From Chrysemys picta bellii (lineage: Eukaryota): 64,000 nt of DNA. Shown here piece after piece: positions 24,458-35,701 of this stretch. A model generated the notes under the pieces. It had not been told where the DNA came from. It saw only the letters and a program-made list of their open reading frames with translations, and ran no database searches. Where the stretch lies: contig NC_088791.1 of the NCBI RefSeq assembly GCF_011386835.1, positions 88,846,001 to 88,910,000 on the forward strand, written 5' to 3'. The number at the start of each line of letters is the position of its first letter. Positions within the stretch are counted from its first letter, which is position 1. The position numbers were made by a program, and so were the translations under genes.

Positions 24458-25941
24458 CTACCCGATTGAAGAAACCCACAACTGGCTGTGAAGGCCCCTT
24501 TCTACACAAGCAAAGGATGGGAAGGTTTCCAAAGACACCAGAGATTGCTTTAGCTATCTGTCAGTCAAGCAGAGGTATAGGCAAGCAGCAATTGACTGGA
24601 AGATCTGTCAATACAAGTTAAAAACAGTTCAACCCCACCCTTTCTGGTGCTGAGAGGAAGGGTGGAGTCTGTTTGAATATAGAGCTCCCTCCCTGCAGTG
24701 GCAACTTTAGTTGTCTGCAAATTCTTTAAAGGGAAGGATTTGTTCAGCTGAGTCACTCCCTCAATCAAAGTTCTGCCACTAGGTCAAGAAACCTTGGTAT
24801 CATTCGAGCCATGAAAACTGGTGAGGATGTATATGTGCCCAGACAAGGTAGACATTTACTGGAAAAGGGGAGATTTTTAATTTATGGTTTGTGGTGGTGG
24901 TGTTACAATTGAATACACAACAGTATGTGAGGGTGACAGACAGGCTATGACAAATTACCGACCCATGTGATAAATAAATGTACTGTGCCTCTGCCAACTA
25001 GTCTAGCTCCCCAGGGACTTATTCAAACATTCTGAACCCATGAGCAGTTTCCAACAGCCTTATTAACTTTCCTAACCTCCCCAGACCCCCTCAAATGTGG
25101 AATTCCCAGCCCCTTCCTCCCCTCCCCCTCCCCCCAAAAAAGACACCTGCCTGATGCAGAGAAGATTCATCCTGGACTATTGACAGTTTAGCTATACATG
25201 AAAATGTCATGTCTTTAAACTCTGATACCGTATCTCACATCCTGTTGATTAGGCAAGAGGGGAAGGTTGATTCCTACCATTTGCTTCTAGTCCTAGACGG
25301 GCCTGAAATAATGGGCTTGGAGATCATGACGTATTTAGTTCCCTAAAAGCTGTTTTAGGTGATTTGTGGGGATGTATTACATGTGTTAGTTACATTTTTC
25401 TCTCCCTCTCAGCTTGATACTTTGGTCTCGTTGCAGGCTGGGTTCTGTTCTGCACATCACTAGGCATAGCCCAGAACAGGGGCTTCAGTGGGGGAATGGC
25501 GACTTAATGCCATCTCTGTGCTGCCCAAATGTTGAGCTGTTCCAGGGACCAGTGGGGTTCTTAGGCCTTGTCTACACTACGAGAGTAGTTCGATTTTACT
25601 TGCATCGAATTTTTGTAATCGATATTGCAAAGTCGAACGTGTGTGTCCACACTAAGGACAGTAATTCGACTTTGTGCGTCCACACTAACGGTGATAGCGT
25701 CGACATTCGAAGCGGTGCACTGTGGTCAGCTATCCCACAGTTCCCGCAGTCCCCTCTGCCCATTGGAATTCTGGGTGTAGCCGGCAATGCCTTCTGGGTA
25801 ACAAAATGAGTCGAGGGTGCTTTTGGGAAACTGTCGTCATCCGTCCATCACTCCCGCCCTCCCTCCCTGAAAGCGCCGGCGGGAAAACAGTTCGCGCGCT
25901 TTTCCAGTCATTGACAGCGTGGACGCCACTGTACTCCGAGC

Positions 25942-27225
25942 ATGGAGCCCGCTGCGACCATCGCTGCAGTTGTGGCCGCTCTCAACGTCTCGCAGCTTAT
26001 CATAAAGGTTTCCCTGAGGCAGATGCAGAAAAGTCAGGCGAGGAGGCTACGGCACCGCGGTGATGTCCTGAAGTCTGAGAGTAGCACAGACCTGTCAGAA
26101 AGCAGGCGACCCAGCGCCGAGGACATCACAGTGGCAATGGGTCATGTTGATGCCGTGGAACGGCGATTCTGGGCACGGGAAACAAGCACTGAGTGGTGGG
26201 ACCGCATAGTGCTGCAGGTCTGGGATGAATCCCAGTGGCTGCGAAACTTTCGCATGCGGAAGGGAACTTTCCTGGAACTTTGTGAGTTGCTGTCCCCTGC
26301 CCTGAAGCGCAGTGACACCCGGTTGCGAGCTGCACTGAGTGTACAGAAGCGAGTGGCCATAGCCCTGTGGAAGCTTGCAACGCCAGACAGCTACCGGTCA
26401 GTCGCGAACCAGTTTGGGGTGGGCAAATCTACCGTGGGGGTTGTTGTGATGCAAGTAGCGAAGGCAATCGTTGATGTACTGCTGCCAAAGGTAGTGACCC
26501 TGGGAAACGTGGAGGCGATCATAGATGGCTTCGCAGCGATGGGATTCCCAAACTGCGGTGGGGCCATAGATGGAACTCACATCCCTATCCTGGCACCGGA
26601 CCACCAGGCCACCCAGTACATTAACCGAAAGGGATACTTTTCCATGGTGCTGCAAGCACTGGTGGACCACAGGGGACGTTTTACCAACATCTACGTGGGA
26701 TGGCCGGGCAAGGTTCATGACGCTCGTGTTTTCAGGAACTCTGGTCTGTTTAGACGGCTGCAACAAGGTATTTACTTCCCGGACCACAAAATAACTGTTG
26801 GGGATGTGGAGATGCCTATAGTCATCCTCGGGGACCCAGCCTACCCGCTAATGCCCTGGCTCATGAAGCCCTATACTGGCGCCCTGGACACTGAAAAAGA
26901 ACTCTTCAACTACCGGCTGAGCAAGTGCAGAATGGTGGTGGAGTGTGCTTTTGGCCGTCTCAAGGGGAGATGGAGAAGCTTACTGACTCGCTGTGATCTC
27001 AGCGAAACCAATATCCCCATTGTTATAGCAGCTTGCTGTGTGCTCCACAATCTCTGTGAGAGCAAGGGGGAGACCTTTATGGCGGGGTGGGAGGTTGAGG
27101 AAAATAGCCTGGCTGGTGATTACTCACAGCCAGACAGCCGGGCGATTAGAAGAGACCAGCGGGAAGCGCTGTGCATCCGGGAGGCTTTGAAAGCAAAGTT
27201 CCTGAGTGAGCAGGGTAACCTGTGA
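25942..27225 (+). CDS. Harbinger DDE transposase (HARBI1-like), intact, 427 aa
   Basis: WLRNFRM, HTH region (ALWKLATPDSYRSVANQFGVGKSTV), GAIDGTHIP, GKVHDARVF, ILGDPAYPL, RMVVECAFGRLKGRWR; no stops or frameshifts. Confidence 0.96.
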   Translation: MEPAATIAAVVAALNVSQLIIKVSLRQMQKSQARRLRHRGDVLKSESSTDLSESRRPSAEDITVAMGHVDAVERRFWARETSTEWWDRIVLQVWDESQWLRNFRMRKGTFLELCELLSPALKRSDTRLRAALSVQKRVAIALWKLATPDSYRSVANQFGVGKSTVGVVVMQVAKAIVDVLLPKVVTLGNVEAIIDGFAAMGFPNCGGAIDGTHIPILAPDHQATQYINRKGYFSMVLQALVDHRGRFTNIYVGWPGKVHDARVFRNSGLFRRLQQGIYFPDHKITVGDVEMPIVILGDPAYPLMPWLMKPYTGALDTEKELFNYRLSKCRMVVECAFGRLKGRWRSLLTRCDLSETNIPIVIAACCVLHNLCESKGETFMAGWEVEENSLAGDYSQPDSRAIRRDQREALCIREALKAKFLSEQGNL

Positions 27226-27980
27226 CTTTATAGTTTGTGTACTGAGAAGCTAAACCTGCCCCCGTTTCTTTACCCAGGTAATGTTGACTATCCTATCCAG
27301 TTACATACCCCCTTCACCCCCCCTCCAACACACGTGTCGAAATAAAAATAGTTCTACTTTGTTAAAGCACACCGTTTTCTTTAATACTGTTTTCGCGGGA
27401 ATTTTTTAAAACTGGGACGCAGACTGTGGTGCGGGGCGGGTGTAGTGTTGTGACGCGAATGCAGCTTCTAAACTCAAGGATTGACAGGCTCCGCTGTGGT
27501 GGGATGCTTGTTTCAACGGAGCCTGTCAACCCTCCTGATCGGGACTGTGTGTATGGGGGGTCTATTTGACTTTGTGGCAGGGGGAGGATGGTTACAGATC
27601 CCATGCTGTGTGGCTCTGTGATCCTGCCTAAGGACCGGCGCTTAAGATCTGTAACTGCCCTCCCCCGCCACAAAGTCACAGAGCAACCCACCCCCCCCCC
27701 CCCCAACATTACATCAAAACAACCTCCCAGACTAACCGGGGCAACTAGTCACTGCATCACTGCACTGTGTATGTGCCCTGCTGCTGTGCCTGCCCCCGAC
27801 TATGTACCCTGCCAAAGGAGACTGTCCTGTCCAATTACCAACCCCCTTTCCCCTCCTCCTCCAAAAGAACATGATTGAAACAGTAGTTAACAGAAACGAA
27901 TTTTTTATTATCAACTACACATGGCATTGGGAGGTGAAACTTGGACGGGGGCTTGTGTCAGGCGGGAAGGAAAGAACTTT

Positions 27981-30027
27981 TCAAATTTTGGGAAATGAGA
28001 GCCTTCTGCTACTAGAGCTCTCTGCAGGGGTGGAGTGAGACTTAGCAGGGACTCTGCCGCCTCTCCTTCTTTGCACTTTGGGTGAGGTGGGTATGGGACT
28101 TGGTGGCGGGGGAGGGCGGTTAGAGATGGACTGCAGCGGGGCTCTGTCCTCCTGCCTCCGTTCCTGCAGAACATCCACAAGGCACCGGAGCGTGTCCGTT
28201 TGCTCCCTCAGTAGTCCAAGCAGCGTTTGAGTCGCCTGCTGGTCTTCCTGCCGCCACCTCTCCTCCCGATCCATGTTGGCTTGGTGCATTCGGGTCAAGT
28301 TCTCCCGCCACTGGGTCTGCTGTGCTGCCTGGGCTTGGGAAGAGGCCATAAGCTCAGAGAACATGTCCTCCCGTGTCCTCTTCTTCCTACGCCTAATCCG
28401 CGCTAGCCTCTGGGAGTGTGATTCCAGGCTAGGTTGTGAGACAGTCGCAGACGGGGCTGTGGAAATGGGAAAAAGGGAGTGAATTCCTCAGAAAGATAAA
28501 TGTAGTTGTGAACAAAGAACATAGTCTTTCTCTGTGAACAAGACCATGCACAGCACCTTTCACATGCGCACTCAGCACAAGGTCGAATTCTCGGCCTTCG
28601 CATTCAGTGCCTGGGGTCTTGAACAGCACATTTGAGAAGCGAGGCAGCACAACGGAATTTCTGTTGCAGGCAGACATGGTAAGCCGTACACTTGTGGCAG
28701 TTTAAAACTTTTATATTACCACTGGCCTCATTTCACATTTAAATCAATGTCAGTCCCTGCTGCCAGCAATCCGGCAAGCGGGAACTCTGCCCCTGTCCCA
28801 CCCCCTCGCGGCTGTCCCCGGGAACGATCCCTTTCGGCTGCCCCTCTCCCGCCTCCACCGCGTGGCTGCAAACCAGCGGTTACAGTTCTGTAAAGGAACG
28901 GGAAAGCAGTCCCAACACTAACATTCCCCTACCTAATTAAAAGCAGGTCACCATGGCCGACATCACCCTGATGAGGATCTCCGAGAGCGACAAAGAGAGA
29001 ATGCTCCGGGAAAGCCTCCAAAGACCAGGGCCGTATGCCACCCTGCTGTGCAGAGCAATGATCCCCGAGTACTTGATAATCTCGTGGCGCGGCAACGTGT
29101 CGTACTTCGGAGGACCCAATAAGGCCGCTCTCCCCAAGAACCTCATGCAACGGCTTTCAAGTTACCTCCAGGAGAGCTTCATCGAGATGTCCCAGGAGGA
29201 TTACTGCTCTATCCCCGGACACATAGACCGCATTTTACTGTAGCTGCAGTAGCAGGGAATAAACAGTAGAGCGGCTTGTGCAGGACAATCACTGAAAACC
29301 GGACATTGCTAGATTTCTTTTCAAAACTTGCACTGCCCCTTACTAAACCGTTAAGCGCCTAGGGCACACTAATCATGAACAACCCATTCTTTTAATTGTT
29401 AATATTCCTGTTTTGTTAAAAATAAATGTTTAGATGTTTACAACACTTACTGGCTGATCCTTCACCAGATTCTGTGTCCGGGGTAACGGCTGGGGACGCT
29501 TCGTAGGGGATCTCTGTAAGGGTGATGAAGAGATCCTGGCTGTCGGGGAAATCAGCGTTGTGAGAGCTGCCGACTGCCTCGCCCTCCTCATCTCCTTCCT
29601 CATCTTCCCCGTCCCCTAACATGTCCGAGGAACCGGCCGTGGACAGTATCCCATCCTCAGAGTCCACGGTCACTGGTGGGGTAGTGGTGGCGGCAGCACC
29701 GAGGATGGAATGCAGTGCCTCGTAGAAACGGGATGTCTGGGGATGGGATCCGGAGCGTCCGTTTGCCTCTTTGGTCTTCTGGTAGCCTTGTCTCAGCTCC
29801 TTGATTTTCACGCGGCACTGCGTTGCATCCCGGCTGTATCCTCTCTCTGCCATGTCTTTAGAGATCTTCTCGTAGATCTTTGCATTCCTTCTTTTGGATC
29901 GCAGCTCGGAAAGCACGGACTCATCGCCCCACACAGCGATGAGATCCAAGACTTCACGATCAGTCCATGCTGGGGCTCTCTTTCTATTCCCAGACTGCAC
30001 GGCCATCACTGCTGGAGAGCTCTGCAT
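27981..30027 (-). CDS. Harbinger Myb/SANT-like DNA-binding protein, two exons join(30027..29451, 28456..27981), 350 aa
   Basis: Exon 1 has RKRAPAWTDREVLDLIAVWG...CRVKIKELRQGY (Myb/SANT, trihelix type) and an acidic tract, ending at CA|GTAAGT. Exon 2 follows TTCCACAG|, with basic RRRKKR and a coiled coil. 577+476 = 1053 nt, in frame. Confidence 0.92.
28676..29243 (+). CDS. Third Harbinger gene of E1: ~99-aa BEN-domain-like protein, join(28676..28678, 28947..29243)
   Basis: ATG|GTAAGC donor at 28676-28684; CTAAT...AAGCAG| acceptor at 28946; open exon VTMADITLMRISESDKERMLRESLQRPGPYATLLCRAMIPEYLIISWRGNVSYFGGPNKAALPKNLMQRLSSYLQESFIEMSQEDYCSIPGHIDRILL*; AATAAA at 29421. Homologues at the same position in E2 and E3. 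The BEN call is by eye. Confidence 0.75.
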
Positions 30028-31089
30028 CGTTGCCAGTGCTGCTGTGCTCGCCACGATGTCCAGACAGGAAATGAGATTCAAACTGGCCAGACAGGAAAAG
30101 GAATTCAAATTCAAATTTTCCCGGGGCTTTTCCTGTGTGGCTGGTCAGAGCATCCGAGCTCGCACTGCTGTCCAGAGCGTCAACAGAGTGGTGCACTGTG
30201 GGATAGCTCCCGGAGCTATTAGCGTCGATTTCCATCCACATCTAGCCTAATTCGACATGGCCATGTCGAATTTAGCGCTACTCCCCTCGTCGGGGAGGAG
30301 TACAGAAGTCGAATTAAAGAGACCTCTATGTCGAACTAAATAGCGTCGCAGTGTGGACGGGTGCAGGGTTAATTCGATTTAACGGCGCTAACTTCGACAT
30401 AAACGCCTAGTGTAGACCAGGCCCTAGAGTAAGTTACAGTATCCCAGGGGCTGTGCTAGTTTATACTGCCTGCAACAGCTTCATATGGAATAGCCAGAGT
30501 ACAGCATGCTCTAGCCACACTCCCTGCTGCACCAGGCCCACTAGCGACATACACCTATGGCATGGGCTGCAATGGGAGTTGTCTGTTATACCTCTGTAGG
30601 ACCAGGGGGGAATGCATTGCATCAGGGGAATTATCAGCTTGGGGAGGATCTAACTGGGTTGTCCCCTCTTTCCTCCACCAGAGAAGCATAAAGGCTGTAC
30701 CACGTCCCAGAATCAGAGCCCTGATAACCAAAGCACCTGGTTTTGTATGGGGAGGGATACATAAAATCGTGTGTGCGTGTGTGTACTCTGCTCATACTTC
30801 CCCACATTCCAATTAACTTCACTCTCATTAACTCCCTTGATGTGCAGCTCACTCATTAACCAATTATTTTTTCCTGTGATTAACATTGCTAACTAGAGGA
30901 TCTAATTCAGTTCTTCTTAGACAGTCTCTGCCTAATATGTTAAATAAAGACTATGCAACATTCTTTGATCATGGAACAAAGGAAACGGTTACATTCCATA
31001 TTGCAAAACCAGCACATAGTTCGGTAGGATGGGCAGTCTTTGATGTGAATAGGCCTATGACTGAAACAGCAGGGGATGCTTCAGTCAGG

Positions 31090-31822
31090 ACTAAGTTTTG
31101 TCAACAAAACTCCAAAAGTATCGCCAAAGGGTGTTCACACTTGCTCCCTCTGTCGACAGATCATGTCCTCATTGTACGCACCATCATCAACAGTGTGAGC
31201 AATGTACTGTGGGTCTGTATCCCACAGTGAAGTGTTGTGGGAAGGCGGAGCTGATCCCTGCGCATTTTGGGAGGATTCCCTCGGAGTTCTCCCACAGTCG
31301 CCTCAGCCCGGGAGCATCATGAGTAGGTCTGGGAGCTCTCTGTGCTGAGGAATGGCAAAGCAGCGCAGCAGTCTCTCCTCTCCCCGCCCTGCAGCAGCAG
31401 TCTGCCTGCAGCTGTGTTCCTTGTGTAGGGCAGAACAAGGGCATTCCAATGATTTGCTCTTTGTTCCCCACAGGGAGCAGCACACTCAGCTGTCAGATAC
31501 TTCCGGCAGCTTTGAAAGGGGAGGGGCACATGCTTGCAGGGCAGCAGAGATCAATACACTGAGCAGAGCAATGAGGGCAGGCATTGTGGGATACTGGCGG
31601 AAGCCAGTTCTGTGGACAAAACAAACAGCAGTGTCAATACTGGCTCTCTGTGGACAATAAAGGGAGTGGGAAAAACAAAAGTATCTCCTAGGGGTGGAAG
31701 ATTTTTGTTGCCAAAACCGGGCGTTTTTCCCAACAAAAGTCCCATTGTAGTGTTTAAGCTCTCCCTGTTTTGTCCCCAAAAGGCAGTTTTTGGCGACAAA
31801 ACTTGGTAGTGTAGACAAAGCC
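31090..31822. mobile_element. Non-autonomous Harbinger derivative (left TIR eroded)
   Basis: Right TIR TAGTGTAGACAAAGCC, GTCGACAAAAC-type subterminal repeats, and TATCCCACA/TGTGGGATA motifs shared with E1-E3. Confidence 0.65.
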
Positions 31823-33849
31823 TGAGATGCATTGTCAAAGCTGGAGGAATTTGCCCCGCACCCACCTGAGCTGCCATCTGACTCCATCCAAAACTGACAG
31901 GCTCTCATTTTCATGAATATCAAATGTAGGCACCTGATCTACCTTAGCAAATCCATCCTAAACTCAGTTGTGGCCCAGCAGAGCTGTAACATTCTTTGCC
32001 TGTCTAGTCTGGCTGAACTGTAACATGTTCTTTTAATCTGATTAGTACCTAATTTCCACATGGCCCAGAGATATAGGCATGGAGGGGACTCTGCAGTGCA
32101 TCTCTCCCACACATGTGGAACAGGGATTCAGAAGCTTCTGTGGTAAAGTCTCCCACTGCTTCCCACTTATTTTTTTTTTCTATTGTAACACAGGGTCATG
32201 GCATGGATCAGGTTGAAAACCAGTGCAATGGGGGCAGGGGACCAAGGAAGAATGGGTGGAAATGGCAGGGTGCACATTGTCCTTCCCACTGAACCTGCAG
32301 ATTTCCCCACGGAAAGGCAACAGCGGCTCTGGCAGTGTTATCTTTTGTATACACCCACTGTGCACTGGGGACACTCCTTAAAGGGGAGTTCCAGGGCCGT
32401 CACCAGCTCTGGAACTCAGGATTAAGTTGCATCTGTGTAATTCCCACCCTGTGCTGGTTCAGTGCATCCATGTTAGGGTTCGGCACCATTCTAACCACAC
32501 TGATGTAACTATGCTGATGCGAATTTCCTTAACGTGGGCAGGCGCTAAATTTTCCTGATGGGTGAAATGATTCCTGCATATATGTAAAGTTAGTACAGCA
32601 TTATGGAAGACTTTGGGATAAAGAGCACTATGGAAAGGTAAGTGATTGTTATGTTTGTGTGTGCTTCACACCTTCACAGCCATAGGGGTTGAATTAGCAT
32701 ATATGTTAGGAAATAAACAATTCAAACGGAGAGTTTAAATACACCGGTTATTTCCCTTCACGTCATGGAGAGATGAATCAGATGTCTGTTCCACTAAACG
32801 TAAGGTATGACCATTTGGTATTCTACTAATATTCAGTCTCATGTTCTTATTGCTGTTCCCAACTGATTATCACTGTTCCAAATGCACAGTTACTTCCAGG
32901 GCCCATTACATTTTTATCTTGTAAGATAAGAGCAAACAGTCAGTAACTGTTCCATTGCTCCAGAACTATTCTGATTGGAGGATGCCAGTGCCTGAGTGGG
33001 CATGATGGCCTTTAAAATCCCCAGCAGTTCTCAGATCAAAGCATCACTGATATATATCGGGGACAGGGGGTACGCACTCAGATCCTTTGGCAAACATGGC
33101 GAGATGTCTGTCATGAATCTAGCAGGCAAGTAATATATAACTATGCTACGTAGCTTTACCTTCCTGGTTATTGTCACTCTGCAAGGGCTGCTCACAGACA
33201 TAAGTACAGCTCTGATGAGCTTCTTTTAAAATAAATTAATGGGTTTCCAATATTTTATCTTTTTTTTTTTTTTTTTTTAATCCAGTCATTGAGTGTATTG
33301 ATCTTTCTTGGTTACTAACCGTATAGGCTGAGATTTTCAAAGGAGGTTAAGGTGACTAATTGAAATAGGATTTGGGTACTTTGGGCGCCTTTGAAAATTC
33401 CACCATAGAGAAATGGAGGTCCAAGAGGACCCAATGACAGGAAAGATGGTCCAGTGGTTAGGGCCCAAACCTGGGACCCCAGTTCAAGTCCCTGTGTGGC
33501 CTTGGGTAAGTCACTTGGGATATTAAATGCCCACTGCTGGCCCAGGTCAGCTGACTCAGGCTCTCAGGGCTCAAGCTATGGAGCTGTTTAATTGCTGTGT
33601 AGACGTTCAGGCTCAGGCTGGATCCTGGATGTTGGAACCCTGCGGCCAGAGCCCAGGCTCCAGCATGAGCCTGAGAATCTACACAGCAATTTGTAGCCCT
33701 ACAGCCTGAGTCCCACAAGCCCGAGTCAGCTGACCCAGGCCTGCTGTGGCTATACCATGGGTCTTTTATTCCAGTGGAGACGTGCCCTTGGTCTCTCTGT
33801 GCCTGCGTTCCCCATTTGTAAAATGGGGATAACAACATCATTTCCCTAC

Positions 33850-35701
33850 TGTAACGATGCTGGTTCTGGCAGGATACTTCTGAGAGTGTCAGTTCAGGAC
33901 AAATTGCTTAAAGCAGGGCAGTTACAGCCCAAGGCTGGGGTTCCTTTGCACACCAAGGCAAGGCAAACCAAACCAGCCAACCAGAGAAGACTTCAGTTTT
34001 ACCCCACTGGCTAACCATAAGTCATACAAGCAATTCCCTCAGACACTCCAGTTTCCCAGTATCACCACCAGTGCCACTCGTTATGGGGACAAATGGTTAT
34101 GAAAACCAATACCCCACTGAAAGAAAAGAGATTCTCTCGATCCCAAAGAACCAAGCCCCAGACCCAGGTCAATATACAAATCAGATCTTACCCACAAATT
34201 ACGCTGTTGCCAATCCTTTAGAATCTAAAATCTAAAGGTTTATTCATAAAAGGAAAAAGATATAGATGAGAGCTAAAATTGGTTAAATTGAATCAATTAC
34301 ATACAGTAATGGCAAAGTTCTTGGTTCAGGCTTGTAGCAGTGATGGAATAAACTGCAGGTTCAAATCAAGTCTCTGGAGTACATCCCCAGGTGGGATGGG
34401 TCATTCAGTCCTTTGTTTAGAGCTTCAGTTTGTAGCAAAGTCCCTCCAGAAGCAAGAAGCAGGATTGAAGACAAGATGGAGGAACTGCAGCAGCTTTTTA
34501 TATTATCTTGCCATGTGGTCTCTGCTTCCTTTGTTCCAAAGACAAGCATTCCAGCACATGGCATAGAAAAACTTCAGAGTTCTGTCCATAGGCATGTCCC
34601 TGCATGCCTTGCTGAGTCACAAGGTGTATCTGCCTTCTCTCAATGGGTCAGTTGTATAGATGATGGTCCTTAATGGGCCATCAAGCAGGCTAGGCAGTGC
34701 TGATACCAAAATGCCTGAGGTGTCACCCAGAAGCAAAGCACAAGTTTGAAATATAGACAATATAGAGCCAATACTTATAACTTTAAATACAAAAATGATA
34801 TATACATACAGATAGCATAATCATAACCAACAAATCATAACCTTGTCTTAGACACCTTATTTGACCCCCTTTATACAAGATTTGGTGCCACAATAGGATA
34901 GGGTTACCATACGTCCGGTTTTTCCCGGACATGTCCGGCTTTTTGGTAATCAAACCCCTGTCCGGGGGGAATTGCCAAAAAGCCGAACATGTCCAGGAAA
35001 AATACCGCTGGCCGGGCACTTCCCCTCCCGGGCTCTGGCTGCTGTGCTCCTCCCGACTCTTCGGCTCTGTTTAAGAGCCAAGCTGCCCGAGCGCTACCGG
35101 CTTCGGGCAGCCACCATGCCTCCGGACCCTGAGCCACTGGCTGAGCACTTCCCCTCCTGGGCTCCGGGGGCGCAGGGTCCAGGGGCATGGGGGCTGCCTG
35201 AAGCCGGTAGTGCTCGGGCAGCTCTGCTCTTAAACAGAGCCGAAGAGTCAGGGGAGGAGCACAGCAGCCGGAGCCTGGGAGGGGAAGTGCCCGGCCGGGG
35301 GCACAGGGTCCGGAGGCATGGGGGCTGCCCGAAGCCCGAGCGCTACCAGCCTCACAGTTTGCCGGGCAGCCTCCAGACCCTGCGCCCCCGACTGGGCGCT
35401 TCCCCTCCCGGGATCCAGCTGCGCTGGGGAAGCACCGGCCGGGGGCGCAGGGTCTGCGGGCTGCCCGGCAAACCGTGAAGCCGGTAGCACTCCGGTAGCC
35501 CTTTTCGCGTGGCTGGGAGGGAGGAGGGGGAGTGGGAGCGGGAAGGGGCGGAGTTGGGGCGGGGCCGGGGTGGGAAAGGGGCGGGGCCAGGGCCCTGTGG
35601 AGTGTCCCTTTTTTTTTATTTTTTAAATATGGTAACCCTACTATAGGACCTTGTTTGCAACAATAATCTATATGGTCCCAGTTCATGTCAATAATGTCAC
35701 A
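33850..35701. mobile_element. Solo LTR inserted in MIR, itself interrupted by a hAT MITE
   Basis: TGTAAC...GTCACA termini with perfect 5-bp TSD CCTAC. Confidence 0.85.
34899..35640. mobile_element. hAT MITE (TAGGGTTACCATA TIR)
   Basis: TAGGGTTACCATA/TATGGTAACCCTA; 8-bp TSD CAATAGGA/CTATAGGA; internal GC-rich repeats. Confidence 0.88.

Larger units (their letters stand above)
25564..30423 (+). mobile_element. Full-length PIF/Harbinger DNA transposon E1 (4860 bp)
   Basis: TIRs GGCCTTGTCTACACTA/TAGTGTAGACCAGGCC, 3-bp flanks TTA/CTA, convergent transposase and Myb/SANT genes, TCGA-rich subterminal regions. Confidence 0.96.

Noticed and set aside
27211-28947. Idea that the BEN-like exon is spliced onto the transposase as a fusion
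   Set aside because: The only donor-like site near the E1 transposase end (CAGG|GTAAC) is phase 1, not phase 0, and I saw no equivalent in E3. All three elements instead share an ATG|GT donor.
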